Positions 1-10,800 of a stretch of DNA of 51,623 bases are shown one piece after another (position 1 is the stretch's first letter; each line of letters starts with the position of its first letter). The stretch is taken from assembly GCA_027491395.1 (NCBI GenBank), contig JAOZFI010000025.1:1-51623 (forward strand), given 5' to 3'. The notes below the pieces were generated by a model that was not told the DNA's origin, made no database searches, and saw only the letters and a list, made by a program, of their open reading frames with translations. Origin of the DNA: Thermoproteota archaeon. GTDB taxonomy: Archaea; Korarchaeota; Korarchaeia; Korarchaeales; Korarchaeaceae. Position numbers and translations under genes: made by a program.

Positions 1-678
1 GGACAGCTCGGTCATGACCTTATCAGGAAGCTCCTCCATCACCTCTATGTTGAAGTCCAATAGCTCTTCCGCCCTCCTACCCTCCACGACCGGACCGTGG
101 GAGGGAACGAGCTTGCGGAAATCTCTCGCATGCTCCCTCAACCAACGGAGGGTTTCCAAGGCGGTCCCGTAATCTTGGTAGTAGGGGATGATCGCGCTCC
201 TCAGCAACTTATCCCCGAAAAAGGAGTCGGCAGCGTAGAGGATGCCATTAGCCACGTACCCGACTTGACCGTAGGTGTGTCCCGGAAGTGGAACAGTCTC
301 CACAGGCCCAAGCCGGAAGGGATGTCTGAAAATGTGGTCTACCCGAACGCTTACGGCCTTAACGTGATATATGAGTCCCTCCGGCGCGTAACCACCGAAG
401 GTCACGGCCCTCCTCAGGCCCACGGACTCGACGCCGCAGGCTTCCACCACAGGAGCGTGTACTCCTAGTTCACTCTCCAATCCCCTTGCTGCGAGCACGT
501 GATCCGAGTGGAAATGCGTCAGAAGAACGGCCTTTATCTTTCCCTGAGCCCTTATCTCGGCGGTTCTGCTCTCTGAGGATCCAGGATCAATCACTATTAA
601 GCCATCTTCCCAGGGAACGAACATGGTGGACGGGCTCCCAGGGAGTAACTTGATACCCTTTCCTATCCCCTTAAGCAT
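1..678 (-). CDS. MBL-fold metallo-hydrolase (3' end runs off the window)
   Basis: Not in the ORF track because it has no stop in the window. Manual translation from ATG at 678 gives MLKGIGKGIKLLPGSPSTM...IKAVLLTHFHSDHV (HxHxDH) and later LVPSHG. Confidence 0.85.
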   Translation of the reverse strand, partial: MLKGIGKGIKLLPGSPSTMFVPWEDGLIVIDPGSSESRTAEIRAQGKIKAVLLTHFHSDHVLAARGLESELGVHAPVVEACGVESVGLRRAVTFGGYAPEGLIYHVKAVSVRVDHIFRHPFRLGPVETVPLPGHTYGQVGYVANGILYAADSFFGDKLLRSAIIPYYQDYGTALETLRWLREHARDFRKLVPSHGPVVEGRRAEELLDFNIEVMEELPDKVMTELS

Positions 679-976
679 AAGCCTCTAGTTCACCACCCGA
701 GCAAATTAATAACGGTATCAACGTAAACATTGGAGGATCCTTTCATCTAAGGATCTCATTGTTGGTAGAGCGTTGGACCAGATGAGCTTACCTTAAAACC
801 TCTACTGGCTCATGGAGGACGGTTTTCGCTGTGAAAGCCCGAATTCAGGCTATTATAAGGGAATATTTCTCTTCTGATAGGCCCGGTGACTTTACGGGAT
901 CGCAATGCAGAATGGCCTCAATAGGGGGTTGAATATAGCAGGCTCATTCCTTTCATTCTCTAAATAGCGCGCGCAT

Positions 977-1048
977 GTGAGAAAGACGGGAGTCGAGCTT
1001 CAACATGAGACGAGTAAAATTAGGGCCAGAAAGGCGTTGGAATATTGA
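977..1048 (+). pseudogene. C-terminal remnant of a VapB/AbrB-type antitoxin
   Basis: Reads VRKTGVELQHETSKIRARKALEY* and stops directly before the PIN gene start. It resembles the tails of archaeal AbrB-type antitoxins. The N-terminal part is missing. Confidence 0.45.
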
Positions 1049-1049
1049 A

Positions 1050-1462
1050 GTGCTGATAGATGCAACATATTCTTGGAAGTCGAGCTTGCTCAGGAGCATG
1101 CTGAGGCGTGTAAGGGTTTCTTAGCGAGGGTTAGGGATGGTTTGGTCAGAGCGGCTATAACCGATTTTCACGTGGATTCCGTAGTCTTGGTAATGGAGAA
1201 CTATGGGAAGAGCTGGAGGGACCTCGCCGTTTTCTTAGCCTCGCTTTTTCTCTATAGGGGGTTGGTGGTCTATCCTGTAGGGATGGGAGGACGCCTTAAG
1301 GCCATCCATTTCATGAGAGAATACGGTCTGGACTTCGATGACGCACTGGCCCTACAGGCCATGAGGGATCTCTCGATTAGAACCTTAGTGTCCTACGAAG
1401 AGATTTTCGACTCTGTCGACTGGGTTAAAAGGGTTACACCTGAGAGCCTCGCGGAGAAGTAA
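1050..1462 (+). pseudogene. vapC: PIN-domain (VapC) toxin, frameshifted near the start
   Basis: GTG CTG ATA GAT GC[.] AAC ATA TTC TTG GAA gives VLIDANIFLE only if one base is restored at about 1064. The downstream ORF has the PIN-like YGLDFDDAL motif. Confidence 0.75.
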
Positions 1463-1525
1463 CTTCAACTCCTTTGGATTCGATGCTGTGGAAATCCCAA
1501 AATCCCAGAACATCTTCAGAAGACG

Positions 1526-1894
1526 TTATCTCCACTTTCCTGAACTCTCGAAGAGGGGCCTCAAGTTTAGACCGAGACCGTCGTAAAGAATAACGCTCCC
1601 TCTCAGCATCTCCCTGTAGTAGGGGTCTTCGATCTCCTCGGGTGAGAGGACAAGGAGATCCACCGATATGCCTCGAGGCTTAAGCGATCTCACCTCGACA
1701 ATCCTCTCATACCTGTCACCCCCGATGTCCATCACAACTAGGAGATCGTAATCGCTATCTGGCCTTCCCTCGCCCCTCCCCCTCGATCCGAAGAGTATTA
1801 TCGTGGACTTGGGGAAACGCCTCGCTATTCTCCCAACGAACTCCTCCAAGAGTTCATTCTGTCTCGAGAGGAGATCCCTTCTAGCCTTTAGCAA
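1526..1894 (-). CDS. Minimal nucleotidyltransferase (MNT) antitoxin
   Basis: ILFGSRGRG...DSDYDLLVV (GS-x-DxD) motif. The likely start is TTG at 1894, overlapping the HEPN stop; the ORF track starts at 1933. Confidence 0.88.
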   Translation of the reverse strand: MLKARRDLLSRQNELLEEFVGRIARRFPKSTIILFGSRGRGEGRPDSDYDLLVVMDIGGDRYERIVEVRSLKPRGISVDLLVLSPEEIEDPYYREMLRGSVILYDGLGLNLRPLFESSGKWR

Positions 1895-2259
1895 CCTTCT
1901 TAACCCATGAAATGATTTTTTCACCATAGGCAAGGCACCTCTCTGCCTTTTCTTTGTTGTATGCGATGGGAGATCTACCCGGATATCTGAAGAGGATGTA
2001 ATGAGGGGTCAGGGCATCAGCCAACGGGTAGAGCTCCTCCGGCGCAGAGACCAGCTTCCCTCAGGAACTCCGATAGCTCGACTAAATCATGTGTGTAGGG
2101 GTGAATCCCCACTAAGGAGATAGACAGGGCCTTTAGGTAAAACTCCACCGCTTGATGCACCTCAAAGCACACGAACCAGTACGCTCCCTCTTCAATGTTT
2201 CTCCTAGCCTGCCTCATCAGGAAGCCCGCCCTCTCGATCCACTCTCTAGGTAATTCCAT
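1881..2259 (-). pseudogene. HEPN-domain protein, frameshifted
   Basis: The N-half has HQAVEFYLKA...PYTHDL. After a shift at about 2046-2050 (short CT run) another frame continues SAPEELYPLADALTPHYILFRYPG...ERCLAYGEKIISWVKKVAKG* and ends at 1881. Confidence 0.85.
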
Positions 2260-2679
2260 CCCCTATTACATCATCTTAGAAATTAAAAGGAGATCGCACG
2301 ATGAGGCTCAATGTTAGGTTCATGCGGAGCGGACTCGCTTAAGGCTAACAGGTATGAATCGTCAAACCAGATCAGCGGGACATAACAACTTCGGACTTTT
2401 CTCTATGTGGTAGCTTACTAAATCGCGTGCGACCGGAAGAGCATGATATGCCTCACATCGGATCTCTTGAGGGTCACAGTCGATCGGTGGTCCCATGAAT
2501 GGATGAGCGAGATATCTGCCTCCCGTATACGAGATCTGAATTCAAACTTCGATGCTGGCGGGAGAGATAAGGTATGGGACGCTGGGTTGAGGGAACCCAA
2601 CCAATAAACCCTTGAATCGCCCGAGCACTAAGGCATGGGGCATACGGCGAATTCATCTTCCGGAGGGTCCTCATCCCCC

Positions 2680-3498
2680 CTACATGACCGACAGGATGAG
2701 CCCTCCAACTACCAAAGTCGATCCAACCACATCCCTCTTGGTGAGCCTGTCTCCGCTCAGGTGGGAAGCTATTTGAGATGTCGGTGGCCCTATTGCCGTA
2801 GCCAGGGTGGCGATCGTTACCCCCGCCGAGCCTATTGCGTAGAAGTAGAGGGAGAGAGCGACCCCGACTCCAAGCAAGCCGCCCATGAACGCCTTCCCTA
2901 TCCCCTTAACCCTGTAGACGGGGTAGCTGATCACTCCATAGACCGAGGTGATGATTAGAGTGTTCCACAGGGTCATAGTCAGGGGAGTGACGTATTCAAG
3001 GGCCAGCTTCGCTGCTATAGGGCCCAGAGTGTAGCAGATCGATGAGAGGAGGGCCCAGAAGGTGCCCACGACATCCCACCTTCCTCCCCTGTAGGTAAGG
3101 ACCCATATGCCCGAAACCGCTAGGAGCACGCCCGTCATTATCTGCACAGTTAGAGGCTCCCCCAACAGTGCGTGTGACAGGAGAGCCGTCCAGACTACGT
3201 ATGTGAACGCCACCGAGGTGGCTCTGCCCGGCCCCATCAGCCCAATCGACTTGAGAAAGGAGTAGTCACCCAGACCAGTCCCCAGAGACATGTTAGCGAT
3301 TATGTAGAGGAGGCCTATAAGGGGAGGCACCACCATGTCTCCTGTTAGGACCGTCAGGGGGATAAGGAAGGCCAGAGCACCTAGAGACTTCCAGAAGTTG
3401 GCCCTCACTGATCCTCCGCTTCTCGTGGCCTCAGCGTAGAGGGTGGGCACTACTCCCCATATGACGCCCGACAGCACAGCGGCGAGAAGAGCTATCAA
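2680..3498 (-). CDS. DMT/EamA family transporter
   Basis: About 10 TM helices in two EamA-like repeats (LLGEPLT...GVLLAVSGI). Confidence 0.85.
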   Translation of the reverse strand: MIALLAAVLSGVIWGVVPTLYAEATRSGGSVRANFWKSLGALAFLIPLTVLTGDMVVPPLIGLLYIIANMSLGTGLGDYSFLKSIGLMGPGRATSVAFTYVVWTALLSHALLGEPLTVQIMTGVLLAVSGIWVLTYRGGRWDVVGTFWALLSSICYTLGPIAAKLALEYVTPLTMTLWNTLIITSVYGVISYPVYRVKGIGKAFMGGLLGVGVALSLYFYAIGSAGVTIATLATAIGPPTSQIASHLSGDRLTKRDVVGSTLVVGGLILSVM

Positions 3499-3544
3499 AG
3501 GGACCCCCTAGCCGAACGGTCCTGCTACTTAAGAGCCTTCCCGC

Positions 3545-4510
3545 TCACCTCCAGCTCAGCACCGTCAACCACGCACCCAGATAGATGGGGGAGAGAAGGG
3601 AGGTTATCAGGACCAGCGAGTATATCTCCTCCCTGTGGAAATCGTAAACATCGCTGAGGACAGCTAGGGCGACAGCGACAGGCATTGCGGACATGAGCGT
3701 GGTGATTGACACCTCCAACTGACTGAGGCCCATCAGATGCCCCAGATATAGGGCGATGAGGGGGAGCAGGATGACCTTCCCCAACAAGGGAGCTAGGTCG
3801 AGGACGGGCCACCCCCTTCCGTAGAAGAAGGCGCCGAGCATGAATATAGCAACCGGTCCCGACGTGTTTCCAAGCTCTTTCAGGGTATAGTAGATGAACT
3901 CCGGTATCTTTACACCTGATACCATGAGGAGGAGTCCAACCAGAGCTGACCATATCAGTGGATTCCTTACCGTCCTCCTCAGTAGATCCCCTCCCTCCCT
4001 AGCTGCCTCGAAGAGGGGAATGACTAGGAAGGAGAAGGTGACGAGGGTGGAGGCCCACGTTAAGACTGCTAGGCCTGCGCTCCCAGGAAACACCGCTCTC
4101 ACGTAGGGTATCCCGTAGAAACCGGTATTTCCAGATAAGGAAGAGGTAATAAGCAGGATAACGCGCTCCTTCCCAAATTCCATCACTCTTCCCACCAGGT
4201 AAATGAGGACGGCGACCAGCAACATGGGCGCGGAAACGCCCAAGGTCACCCTTAAGACCCTCTCGCTCATTTCCATTGAGGAGAGCCCCCAAATGACGAG
4301 GGAGGGTAGCGATATGTGGAAAACGAAGTCGCTCAGCACCCTTTCCTCGCCCTCTCTCAGGACCCCGTACCTCCTCGACAGGTATCCCAAGGCCATCAGC
4401 GACAGCAGGAAGAAGGTGGACTTGGAGAGGGCGCTTACTAGATCCATCGAGGTGTCTCGGGGCCCTTCCATATAAGGTCCTCCACAAGGGTAATGCAGTT
4501 TACCCACCAA
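3545..4510 (-). CDS. AEC (auxin efflux carrier / Mem_trans) family transporter
   Basis: FVFHISLPSL, GNTGFYGIP, NPLIWS and SAMPVAV motifs. The true start is probably a little downstream of the ORF-track start. Confidence 0.85.
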   Translation of the reverse strand: MVGKLHYPCGGPYMEGPRDTSMDLVSALSKSTFFLLSLMALGYLSRRYGVLREGEERVLSDFVFHISLPSLVIWGLSSMEMSERVLRVTLGVSAPMLLVAVLIYLVGRVMEFGKERVILLITSSLSGNTGFYGIPYVRAVFPGSAGLAVLTWASTLVTFSFLVIPLFEAAREGGDLLRRTVRNPLIWSALVGLLLMVSGVKIPEFIYYTLKELGNTSGPVAIFMLGAFFYGRGWPVLDLAPLLGKVILLPLIALYLGHLMGLSQLEVSITTLMSAMPVAVALAVLSDVYDFHREEIYSLVLITSLLSPIYLGAWLTVLSWR

Positions 4511-4549
4511 GGCATTTATTATTCACTAGGTCGGGGGGCCGGTGATGGG

Positions 4550-5812
4550 ATGCCCAGCTCTAGGATATCCGGATTCTACAAGCTTTCGATAGACGAGAGG
4601 CTCCAGAAGGTCAAGGAGTTTGCGGGCCTGACGGATGAGGAGCTAGAGGTCATAAAATACGGGAAGCTGCCCCTCGAAGTTGCTGATCACATGATCGAAA
4701 ACGTCATTGGCCTCTGGCCCCTGCCTTTCGCCGTCGCCACGAACTTTCTGATAAACGGAAAGGATTACTTGGTGCCGATGGCGATAGAGGAGCCCTCAGT
4801 GGTTGCGGCAGCGAGCAACGCGGCCAAGATGGCTAGGGAGGCGGGAGGCTTCAAGGCCGAGGCTACCGAGTCCATCATGATATCCCAGATTCAGGTGGTG
4901 AAGGTTCCCGACTTGGAGGAGGCCAAGAAAACCATAATGGCGGAGAAGGAGAAACTACTCGAGCTGGCCAATGAGATGGATCCCCTTCTCGTGAAGCTGG
5001 GGGGCGGTGCTAGAGACTTGGAGGTGAGGACAATCGATACCGACGTCGGATCGATGCTCGCGGTTCACCTCTACGTGGACACGCTGGACGCAATGGGCGC
5101 GAACACCGTTAACACCATGGCCGAGGGCCTGGCGCCAACGATCGAGAGGCTGACCGGCGGCAAGGTCTACCTGAGGATCCTCTCCAACCTAGCTGACAGG
5201 CGTCTGGCTAGAGCTAAGGCCAAGTTCGCTAAGTCGGCAATAGGAGGGGAGGAGGTAGTCGAGGGGATAATGTGGGCTTATCGCTTCGCCAAGTACGATC
5301 CCTACAGGGCCGCGACCCACAACAAGGGGATAATGAACGGAATAATAGCGGTAGCGAGGGCGACGGGTCAGGACACCCGGGCCATTGAGGCGGGGGCCCA
5401 CAGCTACGCCGCTAGGAGTGGTAAGTACACCTCACTGACGGAGTACTGGGTGGACGAGAACGGCGACCTTTGGGGGAGTATCGAGCTTCCCTTGGCCGTG
5501 GGAACCGTTGGAGGCGTGGTCAGGGTCCACCCCATAGCTAAGCTGGCCCTCAAGATACTGGGTGTGCAGAAGGCTAGGGAGCTGGCGCAGATAATGGCTG
5601 CTGTAGGCCTAGCACAGAACTTCGCCGCTCTAAGGGCTCTGGCAACTGAGGGCATTCAGGCCGGCCACATGAAGCTCCACGCCCGCAATATAGCCCTCGC
5701 AGCGGGAGCTACTCCTGAGGAAGTTGATAAGGTCGTTGAGAAGATGATAAGGGAGAAGAGGATAAGCTTGGAGAGGGCAAAGGAGATACTGGAGGAGATA
5801 AGGGGTGGCTGA
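4550..5812 (+). CDS. mvaA: Hydroxymethylglutaryl-CoA reductase, class II
   Basis: ENVIG, EEPSVVAAAS, DAMGANTVN, RAATHNKGIMNG and GHMKLH motifs. ATG at 4550 follows a GGTGA SD. Confidence 0.95.
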   Translation: MPSSRISGFYKLSIDERLQKVKEFAGLTDEELEVIKYGKLPLEVADHMIENVIGLWPLPFAVATNFLINGKDYLVPMAIEEPSVVAAASNAAKMAREAGGFKAEATESIMISQIQVVKVPDLEEAKKTIMAEKEKLLELANEMDPLLVKLGGGARDLEVRTIDTDVGSMLAVHLYVDTLDAMGANTVNTMAEGLAPTIERLTGGKVYLRILSNLADRRLARAKAKFAKSAIGGEEVVEGIMWAYRFAKYDPYRAATHNKGIMNGIIAVARATGQDTRAIEAGAHSYAARSGKYTSLTEYWVDENGDLWGSIELPLAVGTVGGVVRVHPIAKLALKILGVQKARELAQIMAAVGLAQNFAALRALATEGIQAGHMKLHARNIALAAGATPEEVDKVVEKMIREKRISLERAKEILEEIRGG

Positions 5813-6902
5813 AGGGATAGACCTATACCTCGTGGAGATGGAGCTCGTCTCCGCCTTCGAGATAAGTTCAGGGGTGACGAAGAGGAGACAGGCGGTAATT
5901 GTCAGGGTGGAGAAGGATGGACATGTCGGCTGGGGAGAGGCTCCAGCCGACTCCAAGCCCATTTACTCGTATGAGACCGCTGAAACCGCCTTCTATGTGA
6001 TTAAGGAGTTCCTAGCGGAGCACGCCCTGCAGGCCACGGGTCCTGAGGACTTCCTTAGGAGGGTTAGCTTCGTCAGAGGGCACCAGATAGCTAAGGCCGG
6101 GGTTGAGATGGCCCTCTGGGACCTTGAGGCGAAGAAGAAGGGCCTCCCTCTATGGAAGATGCTCGGAGGTGTGAGGGAGGAGATAGAGAGCGGGGTGAGC
6201 GTGGGGATACAACACACGATCAGGGACCTGCTCAGGGTAGTGGGCTCCTATTTGGAGAGGGGTTACAAGAGGGTCAAACTGAAGATCAAGCCGGGCTGGG
6301 ATGTGAACGTTGTCAAAGCGGTGAGAGAGGCTTATCCTGACCTCTTGTTGCAGGTGGACGCCAATGCAGCCTACAGGCTCAACGACTGGTACCATCTGAA
6401 GAAGCTGGACACCTACGACCTCCTGATGCTGGAGCAACCCCTCGACTACGAAGATCTAGTTGATCACGCTGAACTGGCGAAAATGCTCAGGACACCCATA
6501 TGCCTCGACGAGTCCATAAAGAAGCCAGAGGACGCCTACAGGGCCTTCAGACTGGGGAGCTGCTCCATCATAAACATAAAGCCAGCTAGGGTCGGGGGCC
6601 TAGTGAACGCCAAGAAGATACACGACTTCTGTGACTCAGTCGGTATACCAGTATGGATTGGAGGGATGCTCGAGACCGGAATAGGCAGGGGACATCAGGT
6701 GGCTGCGGCCACACTACCCAATGTCAGGTTCCCTAACGACATATCGGCCAGCGACCGTTATTACGAGGAGGATATAGTGGAGCCTCCCTGGAAGCTGACC
6801 GCTAGGGGAACGCTGAGGGCTCCGGATAGACCGGGTATAGGGGTGGAGGTGTTGGAGGAGAGGCTGGAGAGATTCACATTAAAGTCGGTCCATATCGCTT
6901 AA
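5805..6902 (+). CDS. menC: o-Succinylbenzoate synthase / N-acylamino acid racemase (enolase superfamily)
   Basis: KLKIKPG, VDAN, EQP, LDES, NIKPARVGG, GGMLETGIG and DISAS motifs. Confidence 0.85.
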   Translation: MAEGIDLYLVEMELVSAFEISSGVTKRRQAVIVRVEKDGHVGWGEAPADSKPIYSYETAETAFYVIKEFLAEHALQATGPEDFLRRVSFVRGHQIAKAGVEMALWDLEAKKKGLPLWKMLGGVREEIESGVSVGIQHTIRDLLRVVGSYLERGYKRVKLKIKPGWDVNVVKAVREAYPDLLLQVDANAAYRLNDWYHLKKLDTYDLLMLEQPLDYEDLVDHAELAKMLRTPICLDESIKKPEDAYRAFRLGSCSIINIKPARVGGLVNAKKIHDFCDSVGIPVWIGGMLETGIGRGHQVAAATLPNVRFPNDISASDRYYEEDIVEPPWKLTARGTLRAPDRPGIGVEVLEERLERFTLKSVHIA

Positions 6903-7078
6903 GCCAGTGGGCTGCCAAAAGTTAAGACATCCCCCACATTATTTCATCGATAAGGGGATAAGGGAGATTAGTAAAATCTCTTAGGCTTACGAAACATCGA
7001 TTACGCGCGTGACTGGACATGACAAATCTCCTAGTTCCATAGGAAACCTTTTTTCTGTTCTTCTCCCTTGGAGTCTAT

Positions 7079-7414
7079 ATGGCCCTGCTCTATCTCGATA
7101 AAATCTTGGAAATTATAAGTAAGTTCTTGGAAGAGGATGAGGGCTCGGTAGCTGCTTACCTATTCGGTAGTTTCGCTAGGGGAGACTTCACAGATGAGAG
7201 TGATGTCGATATACTTGTGGTAAGTGGAAGGACCGAGGAGACTAGGAGGAAGCTGTACGATCTGTCTTGGAATATTCAGCTGGCTTACGGAGTACCTGTG
7301 TCCTTTGTGGTTATACCGGAGGAGAGGTGGAGGAGAGGTCTGACTCCGCTCAAGAGAGTAGTTCTGGAGGAAGGTGTACTCATATGGGAGAGAAGGACGA
7401 GAGAGAGAAAATAG
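7079..7414 (+). CDS. Minimal nucleotidyltransferase (MNT) antitoxin
   Basis: YLFGSFARG...SDVDILVV motif; overlaps the downstream HEPN gene. Confidence 0.9.
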   Translation: MALLYLDKILEIISKFLEEDEGSVAAYLFGSFARGDFTDESDVDILVVSGRTEETRRKLYDLSWNIQLAYGVPVSFVVIPEERWRRGLTPLKRVVLEEGVLIWERRTRERK

Positions 7415-7803
7415 CCAAGGCTTATCTCGAGAAAGCCAGGGAGCACCTGAAGGCCGCGCGAATTTCACTTGAGCACGGCCTGTTCAGAGATGCCATAAGC
7501 AGGGCGTACTATTCAGTGTACTCCGCGGCTTACTCAGTGCTCTACCTCTTGGGTAAGACCCCCAAGACGCATGCAGGCTTAAGGACATCCTTCGGCCTTC
7601 TGGTCAGGGAAGGCATTGTGGAAGTGAATTATGGCAAGATACTTTCTAAACTGTACGAGATGAGGGAGACTAGTGATTACGATCCGATCTCATTTTATGG
7701 AGAGGAGGAGGCGAGACAGGCGGTATTGGATGCTGAGAGGTTCCTGTTGAGAATGGAGAAGCTCTACGAAGAGATGAGGGGGAAGTTGGATCGAGAAGGG
7801 TGA
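7384..7803 (+). CDS. HEPN-domain protein
   Basis: AISRAYYSVY, PKTHAG and LYEMRETSDY motifs. ATG at 7384 is preferred over the ORF-track start at 7267. Confidence 0.88.
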   Translation: MGEKDEREKIAKAYLEKAREHLKAARISLEHGLFRDAISRAYYSVYSAAYSVLYLLGKTPKTHAGLRTSFGLLVREGIVEVNYGKILSKLYEMRETSDYDPISFYGEEEARQAVLDAERFLLRMEKLYEEMRGKLDREG

Positions 7804-10800
7804 TCACCGGATATCCGAGGACATAACCTCAGGACCCTTCCCCCTGCCAGCGAGTCTCCTCCTGAGTAAGGCTCTCCCGATGAGCAGGATTGTGACTACA
7901 GGCAGCGCTAGCAGTAAATCACCCAACTCATTATATGCGGAATGAGGGGAGCTGGCTGGCAGCGAGAGAGTGAAAAGATAAGCCCCATCCCCCATCAAAA
8001 CCTTAACCCTGATCGATTTCAGCTCGGGGCTTGAAATATCTGTTGAGAATTGATTCAGTACGTGGTAATCCCTGATCTGGATCGAACCGTTGGCTCTGAA
8101 CAGGAAGGGCGTCCTGAACATTATCAGGGATCCATCAGGGAGGGGAGTTCCGTCCAGCTCCGCCCCTTTGACCTCCACAACCACGTAGAATCCAAGTCCT
8201 CCCCTCATCCTAACCGCATGGGCGTTGAGGGCCGAGCGCTCCCTATTCAGATACTTCTTCTTTCCTCCTTCCTCCACCCAGACTGCCGTGCCCTCAATGA
8301 ACACAGATCCTCTGGCCTTAATGTCTCTAGCAGATCCTATATCGACCGGTAATCCGCATCTTCCCAGCTGCCGGGTGTTGACGATCCTCTGGATATTCGA
8401 CCTCATCTTGATTAAGAGCTCGGAATCCACTTGGCCCTTCCGGTAATAGGAGTCGAGTAGGGCGCTGAGATCCACATCACCTCCCGGCACGACGCTCAGG
8501 ACCATATCTCCCCTCCTAGGTCCCTCAACCCGATGCACCCCTCTCACCCATCCGGTGAGGTTACCAAAGAACCCCACGGTGTGCAGTCCCATCACCCCAC
8601 CTCCTCCGTCCAGCGGAAACTCACGGCCGTTCACAACCAGCGACGTACCCCCGGGACCCACCCTGAGCACGATCCTGTAGCACTGAGACCGAGGTACCGG
8701 TCCATCGTCCTCGGTCCCGAAGACGGTCCCCCTGACCAGATCAATCCCGGCCTCCCTGTATCTCCTAGGTCCCTCATACTCGAAGATCACAGCTATACTA
8801 CCGTTATTCTCCTCAGGGCATGCTTTCAGCTCGAATTCTCCTTCATCCAGCTCGAATCTTGTCACAGCCACTCCCTCGTCCCCCATCACCCTCAGCCCCT
8901 TGAGAAAAGGTCCCCTCACGTAGATCCATCTAACATCCTTGGGATCGACTGGAAGGGGCTCATTCACCTCAATAAGGGATGTGGGAGAGCCCAAGTAGAT
9001 CCCCTTGGGAGCGAAAGGATCGTTCCTGAGATATGTAGTGTGAGGGGGCAGGGCATCCCCTATAAGGAGGTATGAGTCGAGTGCCCTCTCCCTAAGGTAG
9101 ATATCGGAGGGCAATATGACAGCTGTAGAGGAGTTCAGGTCGATGCACGAGGTCCTAATGTGAGAGATAGAGGGAATAACTCTCCAATACCTCCTCACAT
9201 AGGATCTGGATGCGTTCATCCCCCAGAGGAGGGCCTCATCGTAGATGGTGGCTAGGACATCTACTTGCTTGAAGGGATCCAGAGAGGCCATGACTACCTC
9301 TGGACCCCGCGCCACCCAAGGTGGTACGGACCTGACCCATCTCACCGGCGGTCCGTACGCAGCAACCCACACAGAGTTATAGGAGAAGAGGAGAAGGGGT
9401 TCGCTCACATTAGAGTTGATCATGAATCGAACGTCTGAAGGATTCAAGACGTTTCCTGCCGTATCAGCGATCTGCGCCCATCTGGCCGCTGATAGAGAAG
9501 TGGACAAAATGCCTGAAAGAAGAATTACCGCGAGCACCTTCCTTCTAAATTTCATCTTGGAGATCTGGTATCCTACAGCTGCAGATACTCCCAAGAAAGC
9601 GTATAGGACGAACCTGTACTCCCAGTACGGGATATCCCCTACCCAGAGCTTGTATATCGTTGTCAGCTTACCCATTATGATGCTGGACAGGGCTAGGACT
9701 AGAAAGGCCCGACCCTCCATCATATCGGAGAGCAGGACTAGGAGCCCAGGCACTCCAAATAGGACTGGATAGATGATCCATGGGACCTGCCCCAGTTTTT
9801 GGATCCGATAGATGTCCAAACTATCCATTCTGTAGATCCAGACCACGATCCCCGATAGGTAGAGGGAGATAAGAATAGGTCTGAGTGAGGTCCACTTCTC
9901 AGAGCACTGGATCCTGAACCCCGTCCTGAAAGTCAGAGAGGCAAGAAGGCTGGATACTAGCATGACTAGGGAAGGCAGGATGATGACCCCGCTGGTTCTC
10001 CAAGCGAAGTGGAGGATGATGACAGTTAACGGAACTACTGCTATAGACAGAGGAACCCTTTTTCCTCCGATAGCCCTTAAGAGAACGTATACCGAGAAAA
10101 GAACTGCCTCTACTATGTGAAGTAAGAACAGGAAGAGCAGTGTGATATAAATTGGAATTTCAGGATGATCCAGCTCCTCATGCAGGTAGATCAGGAGGGA
10201 CAGTAGACCTATTGACAGGATCAGTGGGAATCCCCAGAGGAACTGAGGGAAGCCCCACGTTAGGGAGCGATAGGTGACCTCCTCTACCTTTTCCAAAGCC
10301 GTTATGTCGGCCCCATACCTGATCCAAGCTATCCAAGAGAGCCCCGAGAAAGCGGTCCAGGTAACGAAGGAGATCTCTCTCCCTTTCAACTTGGAAAATG
10401 ATTTGTGCACTAGAAATAGGGCGATCAGGTTGATGGACCAGGAGGCCCTCACAAGCTCGAGAGGCGATGACCCCCCCGCCTCATAAATAAAAGCGAGGAT
10501 CGAGTGGTATCCCACATAATACCACTTATCATAGGCCTGTAGATTGTCAGCTAGCATACGAGCCCAGTACTGGTGGAGTATCGGATCGTAGGTGATGAAG
10601 TAAGGCAGGAAGTTGAATACCATGGTGAGCTCCGACAGGAGGAGTAGGGATGACGGCATGAGCAGCAGTGAGTAGCTGCTCACCTCCAGAAACTCGTTCT
10701 TTAAATCTCCCTTCAAGAAGATGAATCCAACCGCCGAGGAGATGAGGGATAGAACTTCAAGGGCCAGTGCTGGTTCGGGGAAGCCCGATCCGTACATTAT

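Noticed and set aside
97-468. 123-aa plus-strand ORF
   Set aside because: It is the antisense shadow of the MBL-fold gene, which carries the HxHxDH motif.
2260-2679. Short overlapping ORFs between HEPN and the EamA gene
   Set aside because: No motif or convincing start signals were found, so they cannot be supported as genes.
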